The translations under genes and the position numbers were made by a program. A DNA stretch of 64,000 bases from a virus. Shown here piece by piece: positions 1 to 10,700 of the stretch. The DNA is taken from IMG/VR virus record IMGVR_UViG_3300008255_000101, positions 64,001 through 128,000 of that record; one strand, 5' to 3'. Under the pieces are notes generated by a model. That model made no database searches and had not been told where the DNA came from. It was given only the letters and a program-made list of their open reading frames with translations. Every line of letters begins with the position of its first letter. The first letter of the stretch is position 1.

Positions 1-375
1 GAAAAACCAAGTTTTCTCAGCATTTTCCCCGGGATTCAATCGAGACAGGGCATCTTCCTGAGTTACCAAAACTTCTTGGGTCTGGTCTCTCCAGCTCAAA
101 CTGGATATGGGCTGCTGGGTAGCGAGCTCGTATGTTCCTTGGGGGGCGTCTAGCGCCCTGTACACGTTTACACCCAGTACCTGAAGCCCGTTGTTTTGAA
201 AGTATGCTGCGGGGTTATCCCAACGTACATCTATGACCCCTATCAGGTAGGGGCTCGTTACGTTGACACTGCGGGGAGGGAGCGGTAAGGACTTAGGCTT
301 ATCGTCGCCGCTTCTGTAGGGTAGGTTGAATAAAGGCCTGCCCTGCCCCTGAATGTTACTAGTGGTGTTATCCAT
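1..375 (-). CDS. Partial CDS running off the left window end; FN3-like virion/neck structural protein (not in ORF track)
   Basis: Manual translation MDNTTSNIQGQGRPLFNLPY...VIDVRWDNP...LGVNVYRA... is open to base 1. GAGGTG RBS precedes the ATG at 375, and the start overlaps the stop of the upstream gene. Confidence 0.7.
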   Translation of the reverse strand, partial: MDNTTSNIQGQGRPLFNLPYRSGDDKPKSLPLPPRSVNVTSPYLIGVIDVRWDNPAAYFQNNGLQVLGVNVYRALDAPQGTYELATQQPISSLSWRDQTQEVLVTQEDALSRLNPGENAEKTWFF

Positions 376-1210
376 TGGTCACCTCGCCATGGCCACCTAT
401 ACCCACAACCCTCTTACCTATTTTTTGGTAGTAGGGAGCTCCGTAGGTGCCAGAATAGTAAATGATGCGTAGGGTCATCCCTTCCACTAAGGACGGTATG
501 TCCATAGCATACCCCGCCCACGTTAGGCGATTCCCAATCACTTCGAAATCTACACCCTGTTGCATGGTGGAGGCCTGAGCCAAATTAGCAGCCACCTCCG
601 TAGCATAGCTGTCTGCTATCTCCACGTACTTATTGATGATGTTCGTAGCGGTGAGCGTTATGTATTCCACAGTTACGCTTCCTGCCGTACTGGAGTCCGC
701 TGTTACCACATATTTGGTCATGCTAGTGTCCGAAACCTGTCCACTAACAGGCCTGCTCTCCACGTATACTTTCCAATCCTTGACGTTCCTATCGTTATTT
801 ACGTCTACAGAAGTGCTTAGTACTGGGAGATCATAGGACACATCGTACCTTTTAGACGCTACGGCTAACGATGCGTAGGCGTGGTTCCCTTTGACTTCAA
901 AGGTTACCCTTGCTTCCCCGTAGGGTGCGGTTAAAGCTACTGTTTCCTGTTGCCCTGCCCAACTTCCTACACCCACTAAGCTCGGATCAAAATTACCGCT
1001 AGTCAGGTTATACGTAGAGATGGCCACCAAGGCTTTTTCAGGATTCCGTCTAAAATAAACCTTGTTGAAGGGGTTAGCTAGGATGACGGTGTAGTCCGAG
1101 GGTACCGACCCTGTAGTCACAGTGAAAGAAACACTAATACCCCTTTGCCCGGTCAGGGAAGGTTTGGCGGACAGGTTCTCCAAGGTGTAAGCGGAATTCA
1201 TGGCAAACAT
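368..1210 (-). CDS. Beta-rich virion structural/appendage protein
   Basis: Likely start MFAMNS at 1210, directly after the upstream stop. C-terminal GVDFEVIGNRLTW...LRIIY module is shared with neighbouring genes. Confidence 0.65.
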   Translation of the reverse strand: MFAMNSAYTLENLSAKPSLTGQRGISVSFTVTTGSVPSDYTVILANPFNKVYFRRNPEKALVAISTYNLTSGNFDPSLVGVGSWAGQQETVALTAPYGEARVTFEVKGNHAYASLAVASKRYDVSYDLPVLSTSVDVNNDRNVKDWKVYVESRPVSGQVSDTSMTKYVVTADSSTAGSVTVEYITLTATNIINKYVEIADSYATEVAANLAQASTMQQGVDFEVIGNRLTWAGYAMDIPSLVEGMTLRIIYYSGTYGAPYYQKIGKRVVGIGGHGEVTNG

Positions 1211-1211
1211 G

Positions 1212-3332
1212 TTAAGCCCCCGAGGGGTGGGATACTGTAAACAGCCCCACAGCAAAAGCATAGGTGGAATCTAGGGATTCAGTTACCTGCCACGAGGATC
1301 CTTCCAAATCTGTGTTCATGAACCCACCCAGTAGGTAAAAATCATTCCGAGGCACGAACACTACTTTTTTACCGGCTACACCCGTGAACAGAGGGTAGCT
1401 GCCGGCCATAACAAAAATAACAGTCGCTATCGTGCTAAGGGCTTTGTCTATGGTCCGATAAGGAGCCGCAAATGAGCCGTTTCCGTCGGTGTCACTACCG
1501 TCCATAGCTACGTAGGCAGACACCCCCTCGAAAGCGGCCTGGTCAAAGGGTTGTACGAAAGCGGAATCTCTTTTTAGCACGTAAGGCGTAGCGGCCTGGG
1601 GGTTAGACACAGAAACAGAGGCACTGTTCAATTCCAACCCGTGATCGTCGAAGTACATTTTGCGATCGGAAACCTTCGCTGTAGTGCTCCCTAGATCAAA
1701 TTGTACGGGGTCGCTGGATACATCAGACATCGCCTTACTAAGGCGTCGGAGTGGTCTGTCGGAATCCCCGTCATATACAACATCGTAACCCTGTTGCCCT
1801 AAGTTTAACTCGGCCTCAGTGCGTCCGTTAACATCCGACAAATTTTCTAAGGCACCTATATCAGAACCTTCCCCCTTATACGCTCTGTTAGCTCCTACCC
1901 TATCCTGAGACTGAGGGTACGGTGCAATCTTGTTGCTTGTATAACTGGTAGAGGGGTTAGCCGTTTTTCTACTTGGCGAGGGATCGGTTAGGTTGTAATC
2001 CCCTGACCCCACAAACAAGGGATCGTCGTCCCGGTTGCCCAGGATTCCTACGAAAAGGGCCATGTCAGCGGTATTGTACACATTGTTGTACCTTACGTTT
2101 GCCAGTAGGCCCGATGTGAAGTTTACAGTATTTACGTTGGTGAAGAAATTAGAATCCAGATTGGAGTAGCCGGGTACGCCAGCTGTTCCTTGCAACTCGT
2201 ACTGCACCCGTAGGTAGTCCCCCACCTCCATAGCATCCCCCAGGTATGGGTTGAGGGGGTCCACGGAACCACTCAGGATGGATACGGTGTCTCCCCCGGT
2301 TACGGTGAAGTCAACACCGTAATCACAGGCTGACCCAGTTGTCAGGTTAATTGCCACCGCGTAGTTACCGAGACCGTCCGTTACGAAGGGGTAAGGAAAG
2401 GGTCCTATGGTTTTACTTATGATCAAGGCAGGCGTTACCGGTACGAAAAGCACTCCGTAGGAAGCAACAGAACCCACGTCATCTATGTTGAGCTCACCCA
2501 CAGAATCCACCGTGTTGTGGGCGAATTCCATACGGGTGACCCCATTAGTGACTAAACCAAAATTGGTTGGGTACCCGTCCCCATAGATGGTGTTGGACAT
2601 GATGGTAGCTTCTTCTACATCACTTAGGGAAACACCTATGTTGGTCGAGTGTACAGTATTCCTTAAAATGGAAACGTAGAGGTAGGAAGTTATGATGATG
2701 GCGTTACTGCCACCAAAGTCACAATTCCGGATCATGATTGACCCTATACGGTTACCTGACCCATTGACCGCCTGCACACCCTCAGTGCTAAAGGTCAGAG
2801 TGTCCAGTACGTATGAGAAACCGTCGAGCAGTTCTACCGAGGATAGGACGGGGGTATTACCTGACAAACCTTTTATAGTACAGGGTTTGGTACCGAAAGA
2901 ACGGGAACCATAATTACCCGTATACAAAAGCACGGCGCCTCCCCCCATAACTCTTAGGAAGGCCACGTCTAGAGAAGAAACGGGAAAGCTCATGGTACCG
3001 GGATAGGAGTTCTTTCCGTTTACTGGATCCACGTAGATAGTCGGAGTCTTAGTCTGTAGCAACCCCACTATGTCAATCTGGACTGTGTACCCCAGGGTCC
3101 CAGCATCATCAGTACGGTTGATACCCAGGGTCATAGGGTAGGACTCCTCATCGTAGGTGTCCACGTTAACTTCCAGAACCCCGTCGTACGAACCAATCTT
3201 AAAAGAATTATTGGTATTGCCAGACACTATAGCGTAAGTAGGAGCGGTGGTACCGTTCCCGGGTGCGTCAAGAGTCCCAACCATAAAGTTCTCAGGTTGG
3301 CCTGCCGGTAAGCTATAGCTGTAATCTGCCAT
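1212..3332 (-). CDS. Virion appendage protein: cadherin-like domain, DUF1565-like repeats and right-handed beta-helix
   Basis: YAIVSGNTNNSFKI (cadherin-like). IYVDPVNG and YVAMDGSDTDGNGSFAAPYRTIDKAL (DUF1565-like). Repeated xNTxx strands. DPLFV..DYNL..PSP...DIGALE (choice-of-anchor-Q-like). Confidence 0.7.
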   Translation of the reverse strand: MADYSYSLPAGQPENFMVGTLDAPGNGTTAPTYAIVSGNTNNSFKIGSYDGVLEVNVDTYDEESYPMTLGINRTDDAGTLGYTVQIDIVGLLQTKTPTIYVDPVNGKNSYPGTMSFPVSSLDVAFLRVMGGGAVLLYTGNYGSRSFGTKPCTIKGLSGNTPVLSSVELLDGFSYVLDTLTFSTEGVQAVNGSGNRIGSIMIRNCDFGGSNAIIITSYLYVSILRNTVHSTNIGVSLSDVEEATIMSNTIYGDGYPTNFGLVTNGVTRMEFAHNTVDSVGELNIDDVGSVASYGVLFVPVTPALIISKTIGPFPYPFVTDGLGNYAVAINLTTGSACDYGVDFTVTGGDTVSILSGSVDPLNPYLGDAMEVGDYLRVQYELQGTAGVPGYSNLDSNFFTNVNTVNFTSGLLANVRYNNVYNTADMALFVGILGNRDDDPLFVGSGDYNLTDPSPSRKTANPSTSYTSNKIAPYPQSQDRVGANRAYKGEGSDIGALENLSDVNGRTEAELNLGQQGYDVVYDGDSDRPLRRLSKAMSDVSSDPVQFDLGSTTAKVSDRKMYFDDHGLELNSASVSVSNPQAATPYVLKRDSAFVQPFDQAAFEGVSAYVAMDGSDTDGNGSFAAPYRTIDKALSTIATVIFVMAGSYPLFTGVAGKKVVFVPRNDFYLLGGFMNTDLEGSSWQVTESLDSTYAFAVGLFTVSHPSGA

Positions 3333-3338
3333 TTACTT

Positions 3339-3593
3339 TTATCTCTCGTACAGTACTCGTACTGTAACGTCGTGAGGGGCGTTCAGCACTTCGTTAATAT
3401 CAGATGAAGGTATAGCCCCATCGGTCCATACCAATTCGTTCCCAACCACCAGGAAGTCTACACCGTAGACCTGGGCAGGACCACCTAGGGGGTCCACCGC
3501 CACCTCTGACGGGTTCAGGGGAGTGAACGAAAGGGCTACTTTTCCAGCCACCCTGTATGGGGTTAAGTCGATTTCTTCTACTTCTAAAGCCAT
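3339..3593 (-). CDS. Small structural protein (stand-alone GVDF module)
   Basis: AGGAGG RBS before the ATG at 3593 (MALEVEE). Contains YGVDFLVVGNELVW...VRVLY. Confidence 0.65.
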   Translation of the reverse strand: MALEVEEIDLTPYRVAGKVALSFTPLNPSEVAVDPLGGPAQVYGVDFLVVGNELVWTDGAIPSSDINEVLNAPHDVTVRVLYER

Positions 3594-3606
3594 GAGAAGG
3601 CCTCCT

Positions 3607-4509
3607 TTAGGACCAATACCCACCGCCGCCAACATAGTTACTTCTGGATTGAGTACCGACTCTATTGAACGGTCCCAGGGCAGAAGAAACACCGATGCCG
3701 AAGCGAGGTTGTTTTAGTCCCTTAACGATTTTAATGCTACGCTTTGCTTGCTCCAGAGCCTTGTCAAACTCTGCTTCATAATTCTCTTTCATGCCCATGT
3801 ACTTAGATGATTTTTCCAAGTCCAGGGATACGCCGCTCACCGAGTAGTTGAACTCGTCCGCGATCCAATTCATTGCCACTGACCTACATGCTTGAGCACA
3901 AGCTCCCATGAGGATAACGGATCGCCACCGGTTGGGCATACTGAGTACAGTAATGTCCGTCACAGGAGGAGCAGCGTTGTACATGTCGATCGCTATGAGG
4001 AGATACTCGTACAATTCCTCGTCTTCCCAAATGTACCCGAACACTTCAGTCTGGGATTGGATAAATTTTTCAGTTGACGGGGGACGGAATCTATAGTTGC
4101 GGTCAGGGTTATTATCCCTCAGCATGATACGTAGACGCCTAATCAGCATCGCGTCACTAGACGCAGGATTCCCCGTGCCGATACTGGTAACTACGTTATC
4201 CCCAACCACATTGAATTCTTGAACAGCTTGTGTGATAGAGGAGGTTGCGGATTCTTTAAAATTCCAACGTACGATCCAATCGCCTATGTTGGAATCGAGC
4301 GGTAGAGTCGTCTGGACATAAAACTCCCCAATCCCCACTGAAGCGGGAACCTGATTGGGAGTACCTATTAGAACTTCTACGCCAGTGGTGTAATCGAACA
4401 AAGAGTACGTGATAGCGTAAGGATCCGTGAGGACCCCTTGGGCATTCCGTATGGCTATCTTCAGATCCTCTGGACCTAGGGTCTGCCCTTTTTTAAAAGC
4501 TACGCTCAT
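3607..4509 (-). CDS. Putative head-tail adaptor/neck protein with N-terminal Ig-like domain
   Basis: Beta-rich N-terminus, then RLRIMLRD...AIDMYNAAPPVT...YSVSGVSLDL, a pattern typical of head-completion proteins. Structural context. Confidence 0.6.
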   Translation of the reverse strand: MSVAFKKGQTLGPEDLKIAIRNAQGVLTDPYAITYSLFDYTTGVEVLIGTPNQVPASVGIGEFYVQTTLPLDSNIGDWIVRWNFKESATSSITQAVQEFNVVGDNVVTSIGTGNPASSDAMLIRRLRIMLRDNNPDRNYRFRPPSTEKFIQSQTEVFGYIWEDEELYEYLLIAIDMYNAAPPVTDITVLSMPNRWRSVILMGACAQACRSVAMNWIADEFNYSVSGVSLDLEKSSKYMGMKENYEAEFDKALEQAKRSIKIVKGLKQPRFGIGVSSALGPFNRVGTQSRSNYVGGGGYWS

Positions 4510-4519
4510 CGGTCACCCC

Positions 4520-5077
4520 CTAGCGGTACAACCCTGAAAGTTTGGCAGCATCGTCCTCATCCAGGCTTGCTTCCTTAACTTGCTGTGTACCCCCCAGCAT
4601 GCGGGACATTTCTGTGTGCATGTTTCCTGGGAGGATCTTTCGCTTGCTTATTTCGTCCTCTACCCTATCACCTTCTCGGCTGTCCATCAGTTTTTTGGGA
4701 TCGATGTCTGACGCCACTTTCTGTAAAGCAGGAACTTCCTTGATGATGTCACCGTCTACCTTGGCGGCGTCCTCGGGAGTCACTTCGTTACTGGAAGCCA
4801 TAATAGGTACTTGGTTGCTGACGGGCTTGTTAGCATTGGAGTCGTAGGCGTCGATGACTTTTTGGGCCCTTTCAATATTACCGCGGACGGCATCAGACAA
4901 CATCTTGGAAGGACGATTCTCCATCCTCTGGGAAAGGATCTTCGTCTTACCTCGAACTGTGCGGCCTAAGAAAATGTCTAAACCCTTTATTTCCTTACCA
5001 TTGGCGTAGTCGTTCGCCAATGCCAGTATCCCCAGGTAATTCTCAGCTCTTTCCACGCTAACCGGTTTATCTGCCAT
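4520..5077 (-). CDS. Hypothetical protein, possible head-associated (KVAS/KEAS motifs)
   Basis: 185-aa ORF tightly packed in the operon. Confidence 0.55.
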   Translation of the reverse strand: MADKPVSVERAENYLGILALANDYANGKEIKGLDIFLGRTVRGKTKILSQRMENRPSKMLSDAVRGNIERAQKVIDAYDSNANKPVSNQVPIMASSNEVTPEDAAKVDGDIIKEVPALQKVASDIDPKKLMDSREGDRVEDEISKRKILPGNMHTEMSRMLGGTQQVKEASLDEDDAAKLSGLYR

Positions 5078-5079
5078 GA

Positions 5080-5616
5080 TTAATCTCCTACCACTATTAC
5101 GGTGGCCTGTACATCAAAGTATCCAACATTTTCTGAAACGCCGTGATCGTAAATCCCCGCAGAACAAACCTCAAACAAAGTTTTCTTGGTCTCTTCCTCG
5201 GAATCCTCTGACACACGGTACTTCCACAATATCTCGTAATTGCCTGTAACCCACTTGTCCCCAATCTGGAAGTGTGGGTGGAACCTACCTGTCCTGATCT
5301 CTGCAGGAATCCTTTCCTCATTGCCTATGGGGTGAAACTCGGAAAAGTCGTCCCCTGAAACAAAACCCACTGCGTAGCTAAGACTGAAGGGACTTATACT
5401 GTTTCCGTTGGTGTCGTAGAAGACCACGTTCAGATCAGCTGACCCCGTCACGTAACCCTGGGTGTACGCTGGTACTACCATATCCGCTGGGATGAGGGTA
5501 ATCAAATCAGCTAGGTACCCCGTGGACCCTACGTCCGGTGGGGGAGTGTAGAACCCGGTGGCACCAAAGCCGCTCCCAAGCTGTTCTTGGTCTAGAGGGG
5601 GTAGGTACACAAGCAT
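5080..5616 (-). CDS. Structural protein paralogous to the Ig-like N-terminal domain of 3607..4509
   Basis: SPFSLSYAV/GRFHP/GNYEILW aligns with DPYAITYSL/GEFYV/GDWIVRW. Confidence 0.55.
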   Translation of the reverse strand: MLVYLPPLDQEQLGSGFGATGFYTPPPDVGSTGYLADLITLIPADMVVPAYTQGYVTGSADLNVVFYDTNGNSISPFSLSYAVGFVSGDDFSEFHPIGNEERIPAEIRTGRFHPHFQIGDKWVTGNYEILWKYRVSEDSEEETKKTLFEVCSAGIYDHGVSENVGYFDVQATVIVVGD

Positions 5617-5635
5617 AATGTGTACAGCTGTTTGG

Positions 5636-5648
5636 ATTAGAAGATTAT
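5636..5648 (-). promoter_or_regulatory. Putative late promoter motif ATAATCTTCTAAT
   Basis: Consensus copy of a recurring 13-mer, 20 nt upstream of the ATG at 5616. Confidence 0.7.
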
Positions 5649-5662
5649 CCTGAGGTAAGGGG

Positions 5663-6100
5663 TTACCCCTTATTCTCTTCCATCACTAAGAGCATTTCAA
5701 TGTCGAAGTACACTCTTTTGTTTTCGGGATCAAGCATGGGTAGATAGTCCACCTGGCTCTCCCATATAAAGTCTTCCAGACCATCTGTGATATCCGAGAG
5801 GTCTCCGTCACCATAGTTGGCCTTGAGGTACTCCGTGACAGGTAATGCCAGCTGAGTATTGAACTCATCCAAATTATCAGAAACGATATTCAGCACCAGG
5901 CCATTAAGCACGCGGATGTCCTCAGGGGGCTCTCCCTCGTAAGAAGCGGACATGTGGGCGTACAACGTGAAGTCCTCGTCAGATAGCCCCAGGACTTCCC
6001 GGTTACCGGCGTCATGAATTTCTTCCAGGGATGGGTCACCTATCTTAAAGGACCCTTCCAGCGCCTTGACGCTTTCTGCAATCTGTTGAGTGTTCAGCAT
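5663..6100 (-). CDS. Acidic hypothetical protein
   Basis: GGAGG RBS and ATG at 6100 (MLNTQQ). Very Asp/Glu-rich. Confidence 0.6.
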   Translation of the reverse strand: MLNTQQIAESVKALEGSFKIGDPSLEEIHDAGNREVLGLSDEDFTLYAHMSASYEGEPPEDIRVLNGLVLNIVSDNLDEFNTQLALPVTEYLKANYGDGDLSDITDGLEDFIWESQVDYLPMLDPENKRVYFDIEMLLVMEENKG

Positions 6101-6101
6101 G

Positions 6102-6383
6102 TTAGAATGACCTCCCCGTACGCTGTCTTCCATTACCCCTTTTGATCTCTGCACAGAGAGATTTTAAAGAGCGGATATTGTCCACCAATGCCAAAGCATC
6201 CACTTCCAACCGATGGGCCAGATACTCCTGGGTTACTCGGGAGACTAGGTCTCCATTATTGTCGTAGTGGAAATACACCCTTTCTCTTTCCTGGGTGTTC
6301 TTGGTCATTTTGTAACCTGAAGCTTGGATGCTTGCAGCCAGGTACAGATCACAAGTCTTATACTCGTCTAATTCGTTTGCCAT
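6102..6383 (-). CDS. DUF5659-like small phage protein
   Basis: YKTCDLYLAASIQASGY...RVYFHY...VDALALVDNIRSLKS pattern. Confidence 0.6.
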   Translation of the reverse strand: MANELDEYKTCDLYLAASIQASGYKMTKNTQERERVYFHYDNNGDLVSRVTQEYLAHRLEVDALALVDNIRSLKSLCAEIKRGNGRQRTGRSF

Positions 6384-6483
6384 TCTGTTATGCCCTATAT
6401 GCTTTTATTTTCGGGCAATAAGGTATTACCCGTCTTCGATGGATATACGCCTAAAAACCGATATTTAAAGAGTATGACACGAC

Positions 6484-6511
6484 AAAAGCCGGGAGTCTCC
6501 CCCCGGCTTTT
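6484..6511 (-). terminator. Rho-independent terminator
   Basis: AAAAGCCGGG-loop-CCCGGCTTTT downstream of 6538..6951. Confidence 0.75.
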
Positions 6512-6537
6512 AACCAATCAACCAATCCAAAAAAGGA

Positions 6538-6951
6538 TTAGAAGTCACCCACAGTGTTGCTGGGGTCAGTCTTGGTGCCGACAGTGCCGGCACGAGAGAG
6601 GCCCGTAGCGCCAGCGAGATCATCGATACCGGTGATCGTGATGGGGGCAGCCAGACCGGTAGGGTTACCGTCGGTACCGTAGTACACGGTTCCGCCTGCG
6701 TCTTCCACCATCTTGGCCACTTCAGGATCGTTGGCAGTTGCGAAACGCTTCAAGGTTCCTTTTTCTTCGGACATGAGCACTTCACCGGTGTTCACCAAAG
6801 CGATTTCGTCGCTGAAGTTGATCACCAGGTCTTGACCCACAACACGTTGACGGCCGGCGCCAAGTTGTGAGCGTTGTTGAATGTCTTCGAGGTACAGAGC
6901 GCCGACGTCGACACCGCGGTACGTGATGAGGCTGTATTTGTTGAGAGCCAT
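6538..6951 (-). CDS. Small, probably abundant virion protein
   Basis: AAGGAG RBS, its own promoter-like motif and terminator. Codon style resembles the capsid genes. Confidence 0.6.
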   Translation of the reverse strand: MALNKYSLITYRGVDVGALYLEDIQQRSQLGAGRQRVVGQDLVINFSDEIALVNTGEVLMSEEKGTLKRFATANDPEVAKMVEDAGGTVYYGTDGNPTGLAAPITITGIDDLAGATGLSRAGTVGTKTDPSNTVGDF

Positions 6952-7038
6952 GGTATACTCCTTGGTAGGCTTTTACAGTTCCGCCGGCACTGTAGGAGCG
7001 AACCTAACATTACCGGAGTTTCCACTTTCGTGACAAAC

Positions 7039-7070
7039 AAAAACCCCATAATACTAGATTATAGGGTTTT
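7039..7070 (-). terminator. Hairpin/terminator overlapping a variant late-promoter motif (7050-7062)
   Basis: AAAACCCCATAAT-ACTAG-ATTATAGGGTTTT imperfect inverted repeat. Confidence 0.55.
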
Positions 7071-7086
7071 CTTCTTTTAGGATAAC

Positions 7087-7746
7087 CTAGGGCTTAACAG
7101 CATCTTGGTACTCTACCTTGGTGGCTTTTCCGTCAGTAGAGAACGGTGCTGTGTAGACGATCTTCTTGGCATAGGCGCCCGAGGGGTCACTAGCACGGTA
7201 GATGAGCTCCTCCACCACATTACCCGTATCGATGGTCCGGTCTATTACCCAGTTGTCCTCATAGTATTCCACTGCGGAAGTGGATAGGGCCCCCAGAGCC
7301 GTTGCAGTGACACGCGCCCAACCTGATGCAGCTGGGGAGTAACCATAGTTATGGGCATTACTTACGGGGTTATCACGGACGTAGCCTGGAGTCACGCCCA
7401 CGACACCCACCGCCCTAGTCAGAGCGGAAGCAATCGCACTCTCCACGCCGGCAGCGCTTACTTCTGTGGCACGCAAGAAGAGTGGGGTGTTCGCGAAGGA
7501 CACACCGTCGAAGGGAGCACCCAGTGCCTGAACTTCCACCAGGGTAAGTTCGAAGTTTACTTGGTCATCCCCGCGAGGCCGTGCGGGGATGTTGGGGATG
7601 TTGCTCTTTACCTGGACATAGTTTCCTGTCACATCGGTCAGGGACAGGTACAAATTAACGGAGGCAACGTCTCCCGGGACTTTGTCGAAGAAAATCCGAA
7701 TCTTGTCTTCTGAGACAGCTAGGATTTGTAAAACTGCATTAGCCAT
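7087..7746 (-). CDS. FN3-like structural protein, paralog of 25307..25930
   Basis: Shared SEDKIRIFFD/SEKITVYWD, NIPN, and ATEVSAAGVES/ITSVDGSSVES segments. Confidence 0.6.
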   Translation of the reverse strand: MANAVLQILAVSEDKIRIFFDKVPGDVASVNLYLSLTDVTGNYVQVKSNIPNIPARPRGDDQVNFELTLVEVQALGAPFDGVSFANTPLFLRATEVSAAGVESAIASALTRAVGVVGVTPGYVRDNPVSNAHNYGYSPAASGWARVTATALGALSTSAVEYYEDNWVIDRTIDTGNVVEELIYRASDPSGAYAKKIVYTAPFSTDGKATKVEYQDAVKP

Positions 7747-7782
7747 TTTGATTACCTCATCTGATTGGTGACTATAACTGCC

Positions 7783-7795
7783 ATTAGCAGATTAT
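7783..7795 (-). promoter_or_regulatory. Putative late promoter motif
   Basis: ATAATCTGCTAAT; its TAA is the stop codon of the glycosyltransferase gene. Confidence 0.65.
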
Positions 7796-10700
7796 ATGCC
7801 GGAATCCTGTACCCACTGATCAGCGGCCCTCTCCCAAGTGTACTGGGAGACATGATCTCGCACCTTGTCGGCCTCTACCCTGCGGTAGTCCTCATCCTTA
7901 AGAAGGGCTATCACTTCCCTTAAAAAAGCACCCTGGTACTCCGGAGTCCCACTCCACCGGTGGGGCTCCAAACCTTCGGGACCTTTTATGAATAATCCTG
8001 AAGGTCCTAGGGTGGTCAACAGTCCTCCGTAGGGGGTCGTGACCACAGCATTACCGGCTAACCCGTTCTCCACTGCTGTGATGCAGAAGGTCTCGGAGAA
8101 CCACGTAGGGTATGCCCAAATCTTAGACTCCTTCTGCCGAGTCGCCAGTTCTTTTTTGTTTATGCGGCCCAGGTAGTTCACCCCAGGTTGCTTCATTTGC
8201 TTCTTAATGGCCTCTATACGGTCGAGTCCCACCTGATCACCACGAGTCTTAGCCATGGACTCCCAGTTATGGAATCCGTAAGCTACGTCGATTTCAAAAT
8301 CAGGAATCTCCTTGCGGATTTCTGGAAGCAGGTGTAATAACAACTCTAGACCCCTGTCAGGGGAGGAGCTGTACACCATCTTATTTTTCTTGATGCTATG
8401 GTCGACGTCACCGTAGTTGTCATGACGCACGCCGTTGAAGGTCATCAGCATTTTGTCATTGGGTATGCTGTGATGGGTACCAAAGAAACTCTGGTGCCAG
8501 TCGCTAAGAACTCCAAACTTTTTGACAGCCCATTTCATGGTGTCGTAACTCTTTTCGTGGTGGAGCCACACATCGTGGACCATCACGTAAAGGTTGGTGG
8601 TGTGCATCTTGAATGTTTTTAAGGGCTCACAGGTACGGGATAGGATACACATATCAATGTTTCGGTACTCTACATAATCTTTGAACCGGCTGTGGTGTAA
8701 GTAACTGACACCGTCCCGATCTATTTCCTCTACCTTAGGGTCCCCGAACAAAGTGGTCCTGTAGCCCCTCTTGCTGAACTCAGCGGAAAGCTCAGCGGCC
8801 CAAGTCTCCGACCCAGCCATACCCATGTCTACGTCTTCACGACCCCACTTCTCCCACGCTGGTCCTGTGTAGATAACCACTTCTTTCTTTTCCCACTTTT
8901 TGTGGAACAGTTGGTGGTTGTAGGCGTCTTCCTTATCATAGGATTCCTTGTTTTCCCCCTGGTAAGCCCCTCGGGAGATGCCACCAAAATGGTAAACGAA
9001 AGAGTCCAGGGATTGCCCTATGCGGTACCCCTGCTTAGAAATCCTTCGGGCATGGTCAAGATCCTCACATCCATTTTGGTACTGGGGATCCAGGTAACCC
9101 ACGTCGTTCCAAGCGGACTTGGCAAAGATAGTGGCATAGTAGGCTACCCACGCTTGGTCCATATACTTGCCTTCCAACTCTTTGTTCGAATTTTCCATGA
9201 AGGCGTTTAGCTCATCCAGGCGCGGGATGATTTGATCGTATTTCATACCGGGGACTAGCTCTAAACCGCTTGAAGGAAGTCTCATGTTGAAAACGGGTGA
9301 CTGCGGGTCACGGGGATTGCTGTGTAGCCAACCCCTATCACAATTGGATAGCACACCACAGACGGCCAACCTATCGGTGGTCTCCATCTTTTTAACCATG
9401 TTGGTTAGCCACCCCTTCGATACTAGTACATCAGAATTTAGAATGACAAAGAAACGGGAGTCCCCCGTGGCGGACACTCCATCGTTTACCGCTTCCGAGA
9501 AGTTTTTCCTAACGCCTCTGCTACCCAGAACGGTTATACCCTTAAGGGTGTCCAGGTAAGCCCAGGTGTCCTCATTACTACCCGCGTCCGATACCACAAT
9601 ATGGTACGGGTATAGGGTGTTCATATGAATGGATGTTACGCAGGCCTTTAGGTATTCCACTTCATTGTACACGGGGATAACAATGGGTACGGTCTGCTTT
9701 AGGGCCAGGGACTCGGTAGGTTGTGCAGGGGCTGTAACGGCGGGTACCGCAGGTAACGCCGCAGGTACGCTATTGACAATCTGGTCCGCCTTGGCTACCC
9801 ATTTCTTGGTAATGGCGTCCACAGAAAATTTCTGAGCGACATCCTGTCCGTTGAGGCCGACCTGTATACGCTTCTTGATGTCCTTGAGTTCTCTGAGGGC
9901 CTGTAACCATTCCCCTTTACCGTCACAGATATAACCACTGCGACCGGGTTCTATGAACTCCTTGTAGGCAGGCAGAGGTGAAGCCACCACTGGGATGCCA
10001 AAGGCCATGGCCTGCGCTGCCTTAATGTTGGACTTTGCCGGCTGCACATCAACCCGCTGGGGGCACAGAACCACATCAGCTCGGGACATGACTTCCTGCC
10101 ATGTTTCTAATTCCCATTTTTCGTCGGCATTATCCCACTCGGTACACACCACCAGGTCATAACCCGCCTCAGCTATAACATCTTTAAGGTAGTCTGTCAC
10201 CAAAAAGGAATTACCACCCATACCCATGTAGAGAGCCACCGGGTTTAGGGGTACCCCGTCCTGATCAAATCTACGGAGGAAATGGTCGTGGCTCTTTTCC
10301 ACTTTTTCCACAGCGTCTTCAACCACAGCCAATTTTTTGGAGAAAGGTTTGGCTTTTTCTAAAAGAGCCGAGGAACAAGTTATCACCGCGTCAGCGACAC
10401 CCAGGATCTTCTGGACCAGGGGGTTACCCACCAAGTCTTCGTTTAGATCCACTACGACTTTTATGCCCTTAGCCTGGATGTCCTGAATTAGGCCATACTC
10501 TTCCTCGTCAAAAACGGAAGATACCACCACGTTACTGGAGGATAGTTGGTCTAGCAGCCAGGACCTCTCAGCCTTTTGGTAATTTGTAAAGAGTACAGAG
10601 GTCACTCCCTGTTCCTGCATTTCCTGGTGGATGTTTAGGCGCCTTATACGCTGGGACGGATCCACGGGATTAAAGTACCGTAGTAACCAAGCCACCTTGA

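Noticed and set aside
6417-6429. AATAAGGTATTAC as another late-promoter copy
   Set aside because: Too many mismatches to the consensus to support.
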